Shown piece by piece: positions 26,979 through 36,147 of a stretch of DNA of 64,000 nt. Under the pieces are notes generated by a model. The model worked only from the letters and a program-made list of their open reading frames with translations, had not been told where the DNA came from and searched no databases. How positions within the stretch are numbered: the stretch's first letter is position 1; every line of letters starts with the position of its first letter. The stretch covers positions 1-64,000 of IMG/VR virus record IMGVR_UViG_3300045988_174371. One strand, written 5' to 3'. A program made the position numbers and the translations under genes. The stretch is from a virus.

Positions 26979-27102
26979 AAGATGTGGCTTCCTCTGTGGT
27001 GGATGCCCACTATTTTCTTTGGCTATTTCAACCGCCGGATGGTCGGTGTTGATTGGTTGCCAGTCGTGGGCTTGTCGGTTTCCTATTGTTGGCAAATGTA
27101 TG

Positions 27103-27147
27103 CCGCAGGTCAGTGGGAAAGTGTGTTTCTCGCCAGCTGACCTGCGG
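27103..27147 (-). terminator. hairpin terminator
   Basis: 11-bp perfect arms ccgcaggtcag / ctgacctgcgg. Confidence 0.55.
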
Positions 27148-27167
27148 CATACATTCATGGGGCGGCT

Positions 27168-27458
27168 TTACTTCGTGGAGTAGTGAAGGTTGATGCCGCG
27201 CTTCTTATCTGGCTCACGCCCAATGTGGGCTGTAATCTTGCCGTTATCGCGGATGACGTATGGAGTCTCGCCGTCCTTCAGGTCGGCAATAATTGTGATG
27301 TCGCGAACCGGGTAGGCGTAGATAAGGATTTCCTGGGTTTCCGGGTCGTATAGCGTCATCTCTGCTGTCAGTACATAGTACTCCTTGGAGTATGCGCCGT
27401 TACGTTCCCGGTGTCGGAGGTTCCTGATGCGGGCGTGAATAATTTCTAGAGTTTTCAA
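27168..27458 (-). CDS. hypothetical protein
   Basis: 96 aa; TTG start 8 nt after the upstream stop. Confidence 0.6.
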   Translation of the reverse strand: MKTLEIIHARIRNLRHRERNGAYSKEYYVLTAEMTLYDPETQEILIYAYPVRDITIIADLKDGETPYVIRDNGKITAHIGREPDKKRGINLHYSTK

Positions 27459-27466
27459 GGGAAGGG

Positions 27467-27889
27467 CTACCTTCTTCTGCTTGGTGGTCTGATGGGGGCG
27501 GCGTTGATGGTTACGATAAGCGTCTGAATTTGCGTTGAGGTAGCCTTTGGAACCTCAATGCTTTTGATGCGGTAAGGTATGCCTTTATTTACCTGCCGGT
27601 TGAGCCATCTTTCGCTTCGCTCATTTTCTCGGTATGAGAAATATACGGGCTGTGGCGCTACACCGTAGAGTTCGCTTTCCGGGTGCATGATGGTCTCGCC
27701 TGTGACGCTGTTACTGAATGTTGCGATGCCTAGGAGTGATTCATCTCCAGGCGTGTAGTTCGCTCGGTTCGGCTTGAGTGTGATTGTGTCTGCCTTCTTA
27801 CGGATTTCTACCACAAGGTTATCCAGATAGGTAGGCACTTCACATACACCGTCGAGGTATACGCGGATTTTCTCTTGTCGTCGTCTCAT
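27467..27889 (-). CDS. hypothetical protein
   Basis: 140 aa; SD AAGGGAA. Confidence 0.7.
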   Translation of the reverse strand: MRRRQEKIRVYLDGVCEVPTYLDNLVVEIRKKADTITLKPNRANYTPGDESLLGIATFSNSVTGETIMHPESELYGVAPQPVYFSYRENERSERWLNRQVNKGIPYRIKSIEVPKATSTQIQTLIVTINAAPIRPPSRRR

Positions 27890-27901
27890 AGGGGCATTCC
27901 C

Positions 27902-28306
27902 TTACAGGAAGAAGATGCCGAAGTCCTGCTCAATGCCCTTAAATGCGAATGTCACATAGCCGGTGTCGTAATTGATGCTACGGGAGTCAGGGAAGACGGG
28001 TGCATACTGCCCGGAGTTCTGGATGTACTCTAGGATTTCCGTGTCGGTTGCGTTGCCTTCGGTGGTAACGTCGGTGATGTGCCCTTCGATAGCGCCAGTC
28101 TTCATGGGGGTGGGGAGGGGGATGCCTTCGTGGGTGATGAAGCGCATGTTCCAGCCGTTACCTTCCTCATTCTTGCGGACGGTGTACCCGTCTGCGCTTG
28201 CCGCGATGCGGGCAAGGTCGATGGGGGAAAGGTTAGAGTCCTTATATGCGGGCTTGAACGTAATGTAAGTGGACTTAGTGAGTTCATTGGGTGTGGTGGT
28301 AGCCAT
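27902..28306 (-). CDS. hypothetical protein
   Basis: Start at the ATG at 28306 (MATTTPNE) after SD AAAGGAGAA. Confidence 0.7.
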   Translation of the reverse strand: MATTTPNELTKSTYITFKPAYKDSNLSPIDLARIAASADGYTVRKNEEGNGWNMRFITHEGIPLPTPMKTGAIEGHITDVTTEGNATDTEILEYIQNSGQYAPVFPDSRSINYDTGYVTFAFKGIEQDFGIFFL

Positions 28307-28392
28307 AGGGCGTTCTCCTTTGTTGGAGGGGATGTTCTCACGCCGGGGTGTGCTTATGAGCATACCCCGGCGTGTTTCCCCTTGCTGGTGGG

Positions 28393-29208
28393 TTACTTTT
28401 CGATGCGGAAGACCTGCATGTCCTCGCCGCCGCTGGGCAGGAGGTCGCCGTAGTCGGCGTAGGCTTCCGTCATCTTTTCAAGGACATGCTCACGGATGGA
28501 GCTTTCGAGCTCTTCCTGACTGTTTGAGGTGCCTAGGTTGAGCGGCTTATCAAACATTACCTGAAGAGTGTCGGTAGGGTCGAGCTCTCGCCACTGTCGC
28601 GCCTCACGAAGGGGAAGGGGGTTTGCCTGGTCTTCGCGGGTTACGGGGACGAGTTTCTGCTGGATTTCCAGCTCTACCAAGTTGTCCTTATTGATAGTAT
28701 ACCCGATTCGGGTGTTGCGCAGAACATCGTCACCCATGACCGCAATGTATTCAAGGGCTGACATGGTGGGGTTGATGCTGGATGCTTCACCAATTTCCAG
28801 TGCGTACTCAATTCGGCTATCGCCCAGTGATACGCGGTCGGTCAGCTCGGTAAGGAGGTCGCGGTCTACTTCCCATTCGGGGAGCAGGTTGAAGTAGGAG
28901 GTGAGCTGTTCACGCTTGAGGTCTTCCTCTACGAAGTCGTAATAATTCTTGGAGACATCCTCGGGGTAGCGGTCAGTGCTGAAGCTTTTGCGGACTTCTT
29001 CGATGAGCTCGGAGTCGCTGAGGTTTGCGGAGGTGAAGCCGCCAATTTCCTCATTGAAGTTCAGGGTTTTTGCGATGAGGGGTGCCATCTCGACTCGGCG
29101 GCGGTTGAAGCTGTCGATGAGTTCTGCTTCGAGAGCCTTGTCGATGTTGTTTAGTCGGGCAAGAATTTCGCTCTTCACTGCCTTGTCGAGAGAGAAGTAT
29201 GCTCGCAT
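28393..29208 (-). CDS. hypothetical protein
   Basis: 271 aa; SD AAGGAG. Confidence 0.75.
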   Translation of the reverse strand: MRAYFSLDKAVKSEILARLNNIDKALEAELIDSFNRRRVEMAPLIAKTLNFNEEIGGFTSANLSDSELIEEVRKSFSTDRYPEDVSKNYYDFVEEDLKREQLTSYFNLLPEWEVDRDLLTELTDRVSLGDSRIEYALEIGEASSINPTMSALEYIAVMGDDVLRNTRIGYTINKDNLVELEIQQKLVPVTREDQANPLPLREARQWRELDPTDTLQVMFDKPLNLGTSNSQEELESSIREHVLEKMTEAYADYGDLLPSGGEDMQVFRIEK

Positions 29209-29269
29209 TGTGGTTACTCCTTATGTGAGTGGGGATTGATGCTTCGTTCGGAAGCTTAAATATATTAAA

Positions 29270-29280
29270 AGTGCACCACA
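29270..29280 (-). promoter_or_regulatory. extended -10 promoter (weaker, TGCACT)
   Basis: rc reads TGTGGTGCACT. Confidence 0.5.
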
Positions 29281-29305
29281 GATTTGCAGATACGCAAGTC
29301 AATAT

Positions 29306-29354
29306 ATAAGAAAAGCCCCTAATGATTCCCGGAAACAGGGAAACATTAGGGGCT
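29306..29354 (-). terminator. rho-independent terminator
   Basis: 11-bp arms agcccctaatg / cattaggggct followed by UUUUCUU on the minus strand. Confidence 0.65.
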
Positions 29355-29382
29355 TACACACAGGTGATTACCGCGCCACTAC

Positions 29383-30165
29383 TTAGATGCGCTCAAGGTG
29401 CAGACGAGCAACCTCGCTCACCTCAATACCATTCAAGAAATCCTCATCGGACTTCGAAACGATAATAGCACGCTTATTCTTCTCGCTCACCTGAATATCA
29501 TCAAGCGACAGGACACTAGATAGCTTCACATGGCACAGCACGGCAGGCTGGGACTTGGTGACACCAAATGCGACACCCTGGACAGCAACATCATTCGCAT
29601 CAATATCCAGCCCCAAGCTCTGACGTGCTTCACGAGCCACCGCGCCAGTAATAGGAGCACCATCTAGAACATCATCAATACTGACACCACTAGTGGCGGA
29701 AACGCCGTAGATGCCGCCACCAACCGGCAGACCCTCAGCACGCTCAGTCAGCACAATATTACCGTCAGCATCTTCAACAATTAGGCTGGTTGCCAGCGCG
29801 TTAGCGAGGCGGACATCATGGGTGGTCACAACGCCAACAGGGAACATGCTGTCCTTAAATGCGGCGACACGCTCACGAAGCTCCTCATCCTCAATACCCT
29901 CCAGTACGGATGCCGGAATACGAGGCAGAACATTGGTTGCCAGGAAACTGAAGAAGTCCGTCTCAGAAAGCGCAAACTCTGCAACCTTATCAGCACTGTT
30001 CAGACGTAGCTCTTCCAGTCGAGCGGCAGGGCTGTTGATAACGTTCTCACCACCGATAAGCTTTGCAATCTGAGCAATCTCCTCGGTGGTGAAGCCGGGG
30101 TTGAACTTTGAGGGTGCGGTGGTTGCGGTTACGGAGTAGCCGTCAAGGGGCACGAACTGAGTCAT
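29383..30165 (-). CDS. hypothetical protein, operon partner of the PP2C phosphatase
   Basis: 260 aa; starts 6 nt after the stop of 30172-30933. Confidence 0.75.
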   Translation of the reverse strand: MTQFVPLDGYSVTATTAPSKFNPGFTTEEIAQIAKLIGGENVINSPAARLEELRLNSADKVAEFALSETDFFSFLATNVLPRIPASVLEGIEDEELRERVAAFKDSMFPVGVVTTHDVRLANALATSLIVEDADGNIVLTERAEGLPVGGGIYGVSATSGVSIDDVLDGAPITGAVAREARQSLGLDIDANDVAVQGVAFGVTKSQPAVLCHVKLSSVLSLDDIQVSEKNKRAIIVSKSDEDFLNGIEVSEVARLHLERI

Positions 30166-30171
30166 AAAGCT

Positions 30172-30933
30172 TTACGCCTTTACTACTAGGACGGTAGCGT
30201 CATCACGCTTACCGTAGGTTTCATTGATAGTTTTCGAGCGAGTGAGGTTCCTCAGGGAGTTCTCAATTGGCTCTCCTGGTATATAGCAGTCTTTGAACCC
30301 GTCAGAGTACAGTATCGCGGTGATGCTTTCACCATGTAGGCTGATAGCCCCTGTCTTCGCCGCATATGCACTCAGAGGGTCTAGGCTACCAATAGGGTAC
30401 CCGTCCGCCGCATTAGCTTTCAAGCGTGTTTCCTGAAATATGGCTTTCCTCTCATCTGAGGTGATGCCGCCCTGCTCTTGGATGATGTTCTGGATGCGCT
30501 CGCGGTTCTTCTGCGCAAATGGGGCGATACGGTTATCGGTATAGGTCTTGTCCTTAACTTCTAGGTAGCAGTCGCCCAGTGAGAGATATTCAATGCTACT
30601 GTTAGTAGCTCTGATAAGCATTATGGCGAAGGTGGGAAGTTGCGCATACTGCTCTTGTGTGGTGGTATTTTGCGCCGTGTAGAGCCGGTATTTGGCTACG
30701 GTGTCGATGGTGTCATGCAGGATGTCTGCCAGAGATTTGTTGTCGTTGCAGTGTTCAGGGAGGGTGTCGCTGATGTCGCTAACGATGTCTGCGATGGTGA
30801 AGTGCGGGTGGATGGGGTTATCGAACAACTCGGTTGCCCCGTCGATAACCCAGCCGTAGTTGTCGTGGTAACCTACGGCATCTTCATTCTCGGAGGCGGT
30901 GCCTTTGACGCTTTGGGCGCATTGGACGAGCAT
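30172..30933 (-). CDS. PP2C-family Ser/Thr protein phosphatase
   Basis: 253 aa; motifs GTASENEDAVG, VIDGATE and C-terminal DDATVLVV. Confidence 0.65.
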   Translation of the reverse strand: MLVQCAQSVKGTASENEDAVGYHDNYGWVIDGATELFDNPIHPHFTIADIVSDISDTLPEHCNDNKSLADILHDTIDTVAKYRLYTAQNTTTQEQYAQLPTFAIMLIRATNSSIEYLSLGDCYLEVKDKTYTDNRIAPFAQKNRERIQNIIQEQGGITSDERKAIFQETRLKANAADGYPIGSLDPLSAYAAKTGAISLHGESITAILYSDGFKDCYIPGEPIENSLRNLTRSKTINETYGKRDDATVLVVKA

Positions 30934-31073
30934 TTAGGAAGTGTCCCTTCTAAGGGTGGGGTGATTTAAGTACTCTCCCAGTATAGCTACTGACGAGGGG
31001 ATTTGCTGTGTACGTGTCTTTGCTAACTCTTTCCCCTTGGTGCATCAATGTGTCTATTTTGGGGTTTTCCGTA

Positions 31074-31082
31074 TGCTAGAAT
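31074..31082 (+). promoter_or_regulatory. extended -10 promoter (TGCTAGAAT)
   Basis: 75 nt upstream of the ATG at 31157. Confidence 0.55.
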
Positions 31083-31156
31083 AGTGACTATCAATTACTT
31101 AGTACTCACTCATAAGTGGGTGGCCCACAGACACGCATATTCGATAAGGAAACACC

Positions 31157-31531
31157 ATGTCCCAGAAAGTTTACACTTCCTCTAATCCGCTAACCATCTA
31201 TGCTTCCATTGGTCCTTTGGAGCTACGTCGCCCTGTCATGGAGTACATTCGTGACAATGCGCGGGGGTATGAGGTTGAGCGCGGTGATGATGGCGAGTAT
31301 GTCCTCTACTTCCATGATGCGGACGGTAGCAGGATGACGCATGGGGCGTTCAAGTTCGCTGAACTATGCGCAACTGTCCTCAACCCCACTCCTGGCGTGC
31401 GTGAGGTGCTTGAGGTGATGGCGATGAACAATATTCATGTGACGAATGCGTACTGTCAGCCGTATAAGCATCTGACTCGCCTGCGTATTGATGCTGATGG
31501 ATTCAACCAGGCTCATACGCCGCATTCTTAA
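31157..31531 (+). CDS. hypothetical protein
   Basis: 124 aa; SD AAGGAAA. Confidence 0.75.
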   Translation: MSQKVYTSSNPLTIYASIGPLELRRPVMEYIRDNARGYEVERGDDGEYVLYFHDADGSRMTHGAFKFAELCATVLNPTPGVREVLEVMAMNNIHVTNAYCQPYKHLTRLRIDADGFNQAHTPHS

Positions 31532-31543
31532 CCTTGGAGGGAG

Positions 31544-32008
31544 GTGCCCTCTAGGGTGTCTAATAATTCTAAATTGGCTTACGAGTTGTCGAAGTATGCC
31601 ACCGCCAATAGAGGGTACGCGGCTACTGCCTACTTGAGAGCCGCCCGCAATGGTGTGCTACTGCCGCCTGTTGGCGACCTGCGGCTTTCCATTCTCAGCA
31701 ATGAGGAGGATGCGCTCGCATACACTGATGCTAGGATACATGCCGCATGTATGGGGTCTCCAAAGTATGCGAGGTTCCATAAGGATGATTCGGTGATGCG
31801 GTCAAGCGTTGCCCGTGTCCGCCTGCTGGCTTCGGGTAATATCGCCGCTGAAGCGAAGTACTATGAGCTTGGGTTGCTACCTAGTGTTTCTGAGGGTGAG
31901 TATTACGGTACGGTGGAGCAACCCGTTTTGGGTAGCTTGCTGTCGGGGTCTGCTTTGAAGCGCCGTAGTGCCGCTGAGGATGCTGAGCCGCTAGATACCT
32001 TGTGGTAG
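31544..32008 (+). CDS. hypothetical protein
   Basis: GTG at 31544 abuts SD GGAGGGAG, so the in-frame GTG at 31556 is an alternative start. Confidence 0.6.
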   Translation: MPSRVSNNSKLAYELSKYATANRGYAATAYLRAARNGVLLPPVGDLRLSILSNEEDALAYTDARIHAACMGSPKYARFHKDDSVMRSSVARVRLLASGNIAAEAKYYELGLLPSVSEGEYYGTVEQPVLGSLLSGSALKRRSAAEDAEPLDTLW

Positions 32009-32026
32009 TAATTGCGTGAAGTCAAA

Positions 32027-32065
32027 CCCCCTGCTGGTAAGGAGTATTTCCTTACTGGCAGGGGG
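32027..32065. terminator. bidirectional hairpin terminator between convergent genes
   Basis: 16-nt arms (2 mismatches) followed by a T-run on the plus strand. Confidence 0.55.
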
Positions 32066-32079
32066 TATAACTATTTTTT

Positions 32080-32472
32080 CTATTCGCCAAAGTAGTCAAT
32101 GGATTCGATGGAGAGGTTGGCATCTGCACCCGCCGTTTCACTACCGGCAGTCACCTTGAAATGGCGGAGTCTGATTTCACCGAAAAGCTCGGAGGTCTGC
32201 TTCATCTGCTCATAGTTCGGCGGGTTGGGGATGCTGTACACCGTTTCGCCAAGCTTAGTGTCGCCCTGATAGAACTCTACGGCATATCGCTTATTAGCGG
32301 TGTCCACGGTAAGCATCGCATCATGGAAGGTTCCATTGAGGAAGCTCACCGCGTCCTCTGCGTTTACACCGGGGAACAGCTTTAGGGATAGGGGGATGTT
32401 GAAGTCGTGGAAGAACCTACCTGGGGTGAACCCTGCGGGGACGTTGTTCCAATACATTGAGTCCATAAACAT
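32080..32472 (-). CDS. hypothetical protein
   Basis: ATG at 32472 lies 8 nt after SD AAAGGAAC. Confidence 0.7.
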   Translation of the reverse strand: MFMDSMYWNNVPAGFTPGRFFHDFNIPLSLKLFPGVNAEDAVSFLNGTFHDAMLTVDTANKRYAVEFYQGDTKLGETVYSIPNPPNYEQMKQTSELFGEIRLRHFKVTAGSETAGADANLSIESIDYFGE

Positions 32473-32492
32473 TGTCACTGGTTCCTTTGGGG

Positions 32493-32822
32493 CTAGATGT
32501 TTACGCGATAGCTATCAATGTGGAGGTAGAGGCGTTCATTATCAATGGTGATACGTGCCTTGTTCTCGAAAGGGCTGTCAAGGATGAACATGCCGAACTC
32601 ATGTACGGGGTCGATGGTTACGGCGTATTCCTTACCTTCGGCAGTAATGGTGCTTTCGAGGTATTCAACGGTAAGCTCATCACCACTGAAGCTGTCCGGG
32701 TTAATGCTGAAGCGCGCTTCGTCCAGGTTAGCATTAGCGAGCGCTTCGAAGGTTTCCGCATCTGCGCTAATGGGGAAGTCGATGTCGGTGAAATGTGCGG
32801 TGAGAAAATGGTTCTTTGCCAT
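32493..32822 (-). CDS. hypothetical protein
   Basis: ATG at 32822 (MAKNHF) lies 9 nt after SD GAAAGG. Confidence 0.7.
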   Translation of the reverse strand: MAKNHFLTAHFTDIDFPISADAETFEALANANLDEARFSINPDSFSGDELTVEYLESTITAEGKEYAVTIDPVHEFGMFILDSPFENKARITIDNERLYLHIDSYRVNI

Positions 32823-32869
32823 GATTATCATCCTTTCAGATAGCGGTAGTTGTCGTGGTGTGGCTTGCG

Positions 32870-33184
32870 TTATGCAAGGGTGCCCATGAGGGCAACGATG
32901 AGCTGGTATGCTTCGGTGTTTTCGGAGCCGTCTGCCTTGTCCTCCATGTCAGTTACGGGGCTGATGCGGATGACAGGGGTAGTTGCCAGGCTATCGGTGG
33001 TGATGGTAACCAAGTAGGTGCCTTCGCGGGTTTCTACCAGGTAGGAGGTGCCGCCTTCGATGGAGACAGTATCAATATCGTCGATGATACCCAGGTGCTC
33101 GCGGTTGCTTTCTAGGATATTGAGTGCATCCTGGGTTGCGGTAGCGGTCTTTGCTTCGATGATGTGGGTGGAGGTGATGTACAT
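32870..33184 (-). CDS. hypothetical protein
   Basis: 104 aa; SD GAAAGG; first gene of a 3-gene operon. Confidence 0.75.
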   Translation of the reverse strand: MYITSTHIIEAKTATATQDALNILESNREHLGIIDDIDTVSIEGGTSYLVETREGTYLVTITTDSLATTPVIRISPVTDMEDKADGSENTEAYQLIVALMGTLA

Positions 33185-33223
33185 GATTGTTGCCTTTCAA
33201 GCTAAAGCTAACTTACAGAAAAT

Positions 33224-33234
33224 AGTGTATCACA
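33224..33234 (-). promoter_or_regulatory. extended -10 promoter
   Basis: rc reads TGTGATACACT; divergent from 33273-33283. Confidence 0.65.
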
Positions 33235-33272
33235 TGTTTCAGCCCCTGCGCAAGTCGCTATACGGTCTTTTC

Positions 33273-33283
33273 TGTGGTACTAT
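33273..33283 (+). promoter_or_regulatory. extended -10 promoter
   Basis: TGTGGTACTAT, 38 nt upstream of the ATG at 33321. Confidence 0.6.
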
Positions 33284-33320
33284 CGATAATAACACATAAG
33301 CCCCATAAGAAAGGAATAGA

Positions 33321-34748
33321 ATGCGAGTTAATGCCGCAGGGGAAGATAATGTCATGTTTGCTGGGTGGCGCAATATTATCGCTCACATGCAGAGGAATCA
33401 CTCTGTCCCCGCTACTGCGCCGTCATGGGCAGGAGCTAAGCATATCCAGAAAGCCCCCGGCTGGAAGCTTGAAAAATTCTGTAGCAATAAGGGTCCCTAC
33501 TACGGTTGGTCAGACATGGACGGTGTTAATAGCGTTCACACCGACCAGGACTGCGTTATTCCAGAGGAGAAGTTCGTTGCAGGCGACATCTATAGCACAG
33601 CCTCAGTGACGCTACGACCTAAGAACCTCGTGACTGGCTCCATCCTCACCCATGACGCTGTTATCGAGCGCCACTGCCTTGTTGCAGGTGGAGTTAGCGT
33701 CCGCAACAGTGTCCATATTGAGCATGGCGCACTCATCGGCGCACCTTACCGCGTCGCACCCCACAAAGCACCCCTGCCTCTATGGTGTACTGTTGCAGTG
33801 CTTGCTGACGGTGACATCACTATTGATAGCGGCGCGGTAATCTTCGGCAGTGTCATCTCCCTATCGGGTGAAGTACACGTAAAGGATGGCGCACACATCT
33901 TCGGGCGCGTCTATGACAGCAAGCGGGGGCTTCCACATGACGGATTGGACATTGAGGAAGCAAGAAAAATGCCTGGCGTTGTAGCCGCCTACTCTCCTAT
34001 TGGCGTATCCCCCGCAGGGAAAGAGCCAATGTTTGCGAATACCTGGCTTGGTCAAGGTTATCCCATCCCTAAGGCGCGCCACAAGGAATGGCGCAAGGAC
34101 AGGGCGCTTTGGTATGGCGCATGGGATGACAACCTTCGCCGTATCCCCCTCGGCAACTACCAGCGTGAGCACGTCTCCCCTCTTGGTTGCTCATGCGTAG
34201 ACGGCAGTCGCGACAAGATGGAACCCAAATCTAAAGTCTACCCCTACTTCGCATCCGATGTGGAGACCTGGCTCAAAAGCTGGCTTATGGGTGGCGCGCC
34301 CGGTCTATGGGAAAACAGCTTCATCCTCGGTGATGTAGTGGTACCCAGGCGTAAGACGCTCATCATCCCTAAGGATTCATTTGTTGATGGAACCATCACT
34401 CTTAAACCAGGTGCCCACCTCTATCTGAGGGATGGGGCGCAGGTGTCCGGCGGCATCATCACCACCTCAAGGAACCACATTACTATCGGCAGGGAGTGCG
34501 TGGTGTACAACGGTATCATGGGGGACGGAAAGACCATGACGCTGGACTCTGTTGGAGATTTGAAGACCCCCACACTGCATACCCTTGAGGCTGGCATCAC
34601 CAAAGATTTTGCAGATAGCGTGTGGGGGTGGGGTGCTCGACATGCAGAGCGGATGAAGCGAACCTGTAGGTTTAGCGATGAGTTCATGGTTCTGCATGGC
34701 AGGTACCATATAGATATGTATGCTCTCTTTGTGGGGCAGTACGTCTAG
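33321..34748 (+). CDS. hypothetical protein with beta-helix-like repeat segments
   Basis: 475 aa; repetitive G/V/I-rich stretches (VAGGVSVRNSVHIEHGALIG, GDITIDSGAVIFGSVISLSGEVHV); SD GAAAGGAA. Confidence 0.7.
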   Translation: MRVNAAGEDNVMFAGWRNIIAHMQRNHSVPATAPSWAGAKHIQKAPGWKLEKFCSNKGPYYGWSDMDGVNSVHTDQDCVIPEEKFVAGDIYSTASVTLRPKNLVTGSILTHDAVIERHCLVAGGVSVRNSVHIEHGALIGAPYRVAPHKAPLPLWCTVAVLADGDITIDSGAVIFGSVISLSGEVHVKDGAHIFGRVYDSKRGLPHDGLDIEEARKMPGVVAAYSPIGVSPAGKEPMFANTWLGQGYPIPKARHKEWRKDRALWYGAWDDNLRRIPLGNYQREHVSPLGCSCVDGSRDKMEPKSKVYPYFASDVETWLKSWLMGGAPGLWENSFILGDVVVPRRKTLIIPKDSFVDGTITLKPGAHLYLRDGAQVSGGIITTSRNHITIGRECVVYNGIMGDGKTMTLDSVGDLKTPTLHTLEAGITKDFADSVWGWGARHAERMKRTCRFSDEFMVLHGRYHIDMYALFVGQYV

Positions 34749-34771
34749 ACGCTTACTATCACTACCAAAGT

Positions 34772-34815
34772 AAAACCCCCTCAGGAAGCCGCATGCGGCT
34801 TCCTGAGGGGGTTTT
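34772..34815. terminator. bidirectional terminator
   Basis: Near-perfect 44-nt palindrome aaaaccccctcaggaagccgc..gcggcttcctgagggggtttt. Confidence 0.7.
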
Positions 34816-34834
34816 ACTTACTTATGCAGGGGCT

Positions 34835-35374
34835 TTATGCTCCCGCGTAGAAGAAGTGCTTGAGGGTGGCGTGGCGAACCTTGCCGTAAGCCTTACTGGT
34901 CTGGATGGTAGCAACCATACCCTTGATGTTCTGGATGGACTCATTGCGCTTCGCAACAGGCTTCTTCTGCTCCTGCTGAACGACAGGGACAGCGCTCTCT
35001 ACGCGAGCCTCCAGCTTCACCGCCATGTCTTCAAGGTCAGATACCTTAATGGCGTAGAACTTACCTTGAATAGCGGCAGGGAGCTTGCCGCTTCGAATGA
35101 GTGCCATGACTTCCGGGCGGGTGATGCCTAGAATCTGTGCCGCCTCTACAGGGGACACCTCGGAGCGGCGAATTTCAATGTGGGTTGCGTTGCCCTCTGC
35201 AAGGGTTGCGATAAGGGCTTCCAGGACACTGCTCAGGTTTGCAGGCATTACGCGCTGACCCATGCGGGTAGTAAATGCCGCCTTGTTCTTGTTGCCGGTG
35301 AGCTTGGTCAGTTGGCGGGCTTCCTTGCAAGCCTGCATAAGAACTTCGGGGTTGATGGTGATGCGGTTCTGCAT
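34835..35374 (-). CDS. DNA-binding protein with excisionase/MerR-type HTH
   Basis: 179 aa; VSPVEAAQILGITRPEVMALIRSGKLPA; SD AAGGAG. Confidence 0.65.
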   Translation of the reverse strand: MQNRITINPEVLMQACKEARQLTKLTGNKNKAAFTTRMGQRVMPANLSSVLEALIATLAEGNATHIEIRRSEVSPVEAAQILGITRPEVMALIRSGKLPAAIQGKFYAIKVSDLEDMAVKLEARVESAVPVVQQEQKKPVAKRNESIQNIKGMVATIQTSKAYGKVRHATLKHFFYAGA

Positions 35375-35466
35375 TGGCTAAACTCCTTAGCGTTGATGGC
35401 AGTTTAAATTAGTGAGCGGTAGAAGTCTTACCCCTTGTGGAAGGATAACCCCTCGCTACATATCTA

Positions 35467-35477
35467 AGTGTATCACA
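35467..35477 (-). promoter_or_regulatory. extended -10 promoter
   Basis: rc reads TGTGATACACT. Confidence 0.65.
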
Positions 35478-35540
35478 TATTTTAATGGGGCAACAAGTTG
35501 AATGTTGGTGAGGTGCATCACTCTCGAATGTGGGCATAAA

Positions 35541-35580
35541 TGTGGCGGGTACCAAGCTCTAAGTCTCAGTACCCGCCACA
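35541..35580 (-). terminator. hairpin terminator
   Basis: 12-bp arms tgtggcgggtac / gtacccgccaca. Confidence 0.6.
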
Positions 35581-35594
35581 CATGCATATGAACG

Positions 35595-36035
35595 CTATGC
35601 GCCCTTCTCATTCTCGGGAGAGTTCACCACAGTATTATCCGCGTCGTGAGTTACTTCGCTAGAGGTCTTAGCTACAGGCTTCTCACCCTCCTCAGCTTCC
35701 ACCGGCGCACCTTCCGACTCTTCCTTGATACCCTTCCGTACTTCTCGGAAAGGACCAACGAGCGCAAAGGTAGCTAGAACCACACAAATGACCGCAATAA
35801 CCAACTGAACAACCTTCAGGGCAATATTGTCGCCCCTAAAGACCTCAAGAAGGTTACCCACACCCATCAAGGCGAGCATCAGCATAAAGAGAACCGGCTG
35901 GCTACAGCTCATGAGTGACTTCATGAAGGTCTGACCATTTGGTCGGAAATTAAAATAGACAATAGCGATACCAGCGGCAAGGAAAATGTCACCGATAAAG
36001 CCAAGCAAATAGTGAATAGAATGCATGTCAAGCAT
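35595..36035 (-). CDS. membrane protein
   Basis: 146 aa; four hydrophobic segments; SD GAAAGG. Confidence 0.7.
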   Translation of the reverse strand: MLDMHSIHYLLGFIGDIFLAAGIAIVYFNFRPNGQTFMKSLMSCSQPVLFMLMLALMGVGNLLEVFRGDNIALKVVQLVIAVICVVLATFALVGPFREVRKGIKEESEGAPVEAEEGEKPVAKTSSEVTHDADNTVVNSPENEKGA

Positions 36036-36147
36036 CTTGAAAACCTTTCGTATGTGCAGGCATGACAGGGAGCCTGCAAGGACTATGTGCTCTCGCCCCC
36101 GCCGTGGTTAGTGTAGAACCGTGGCAGGGGCGAGAACCTAAATACTT

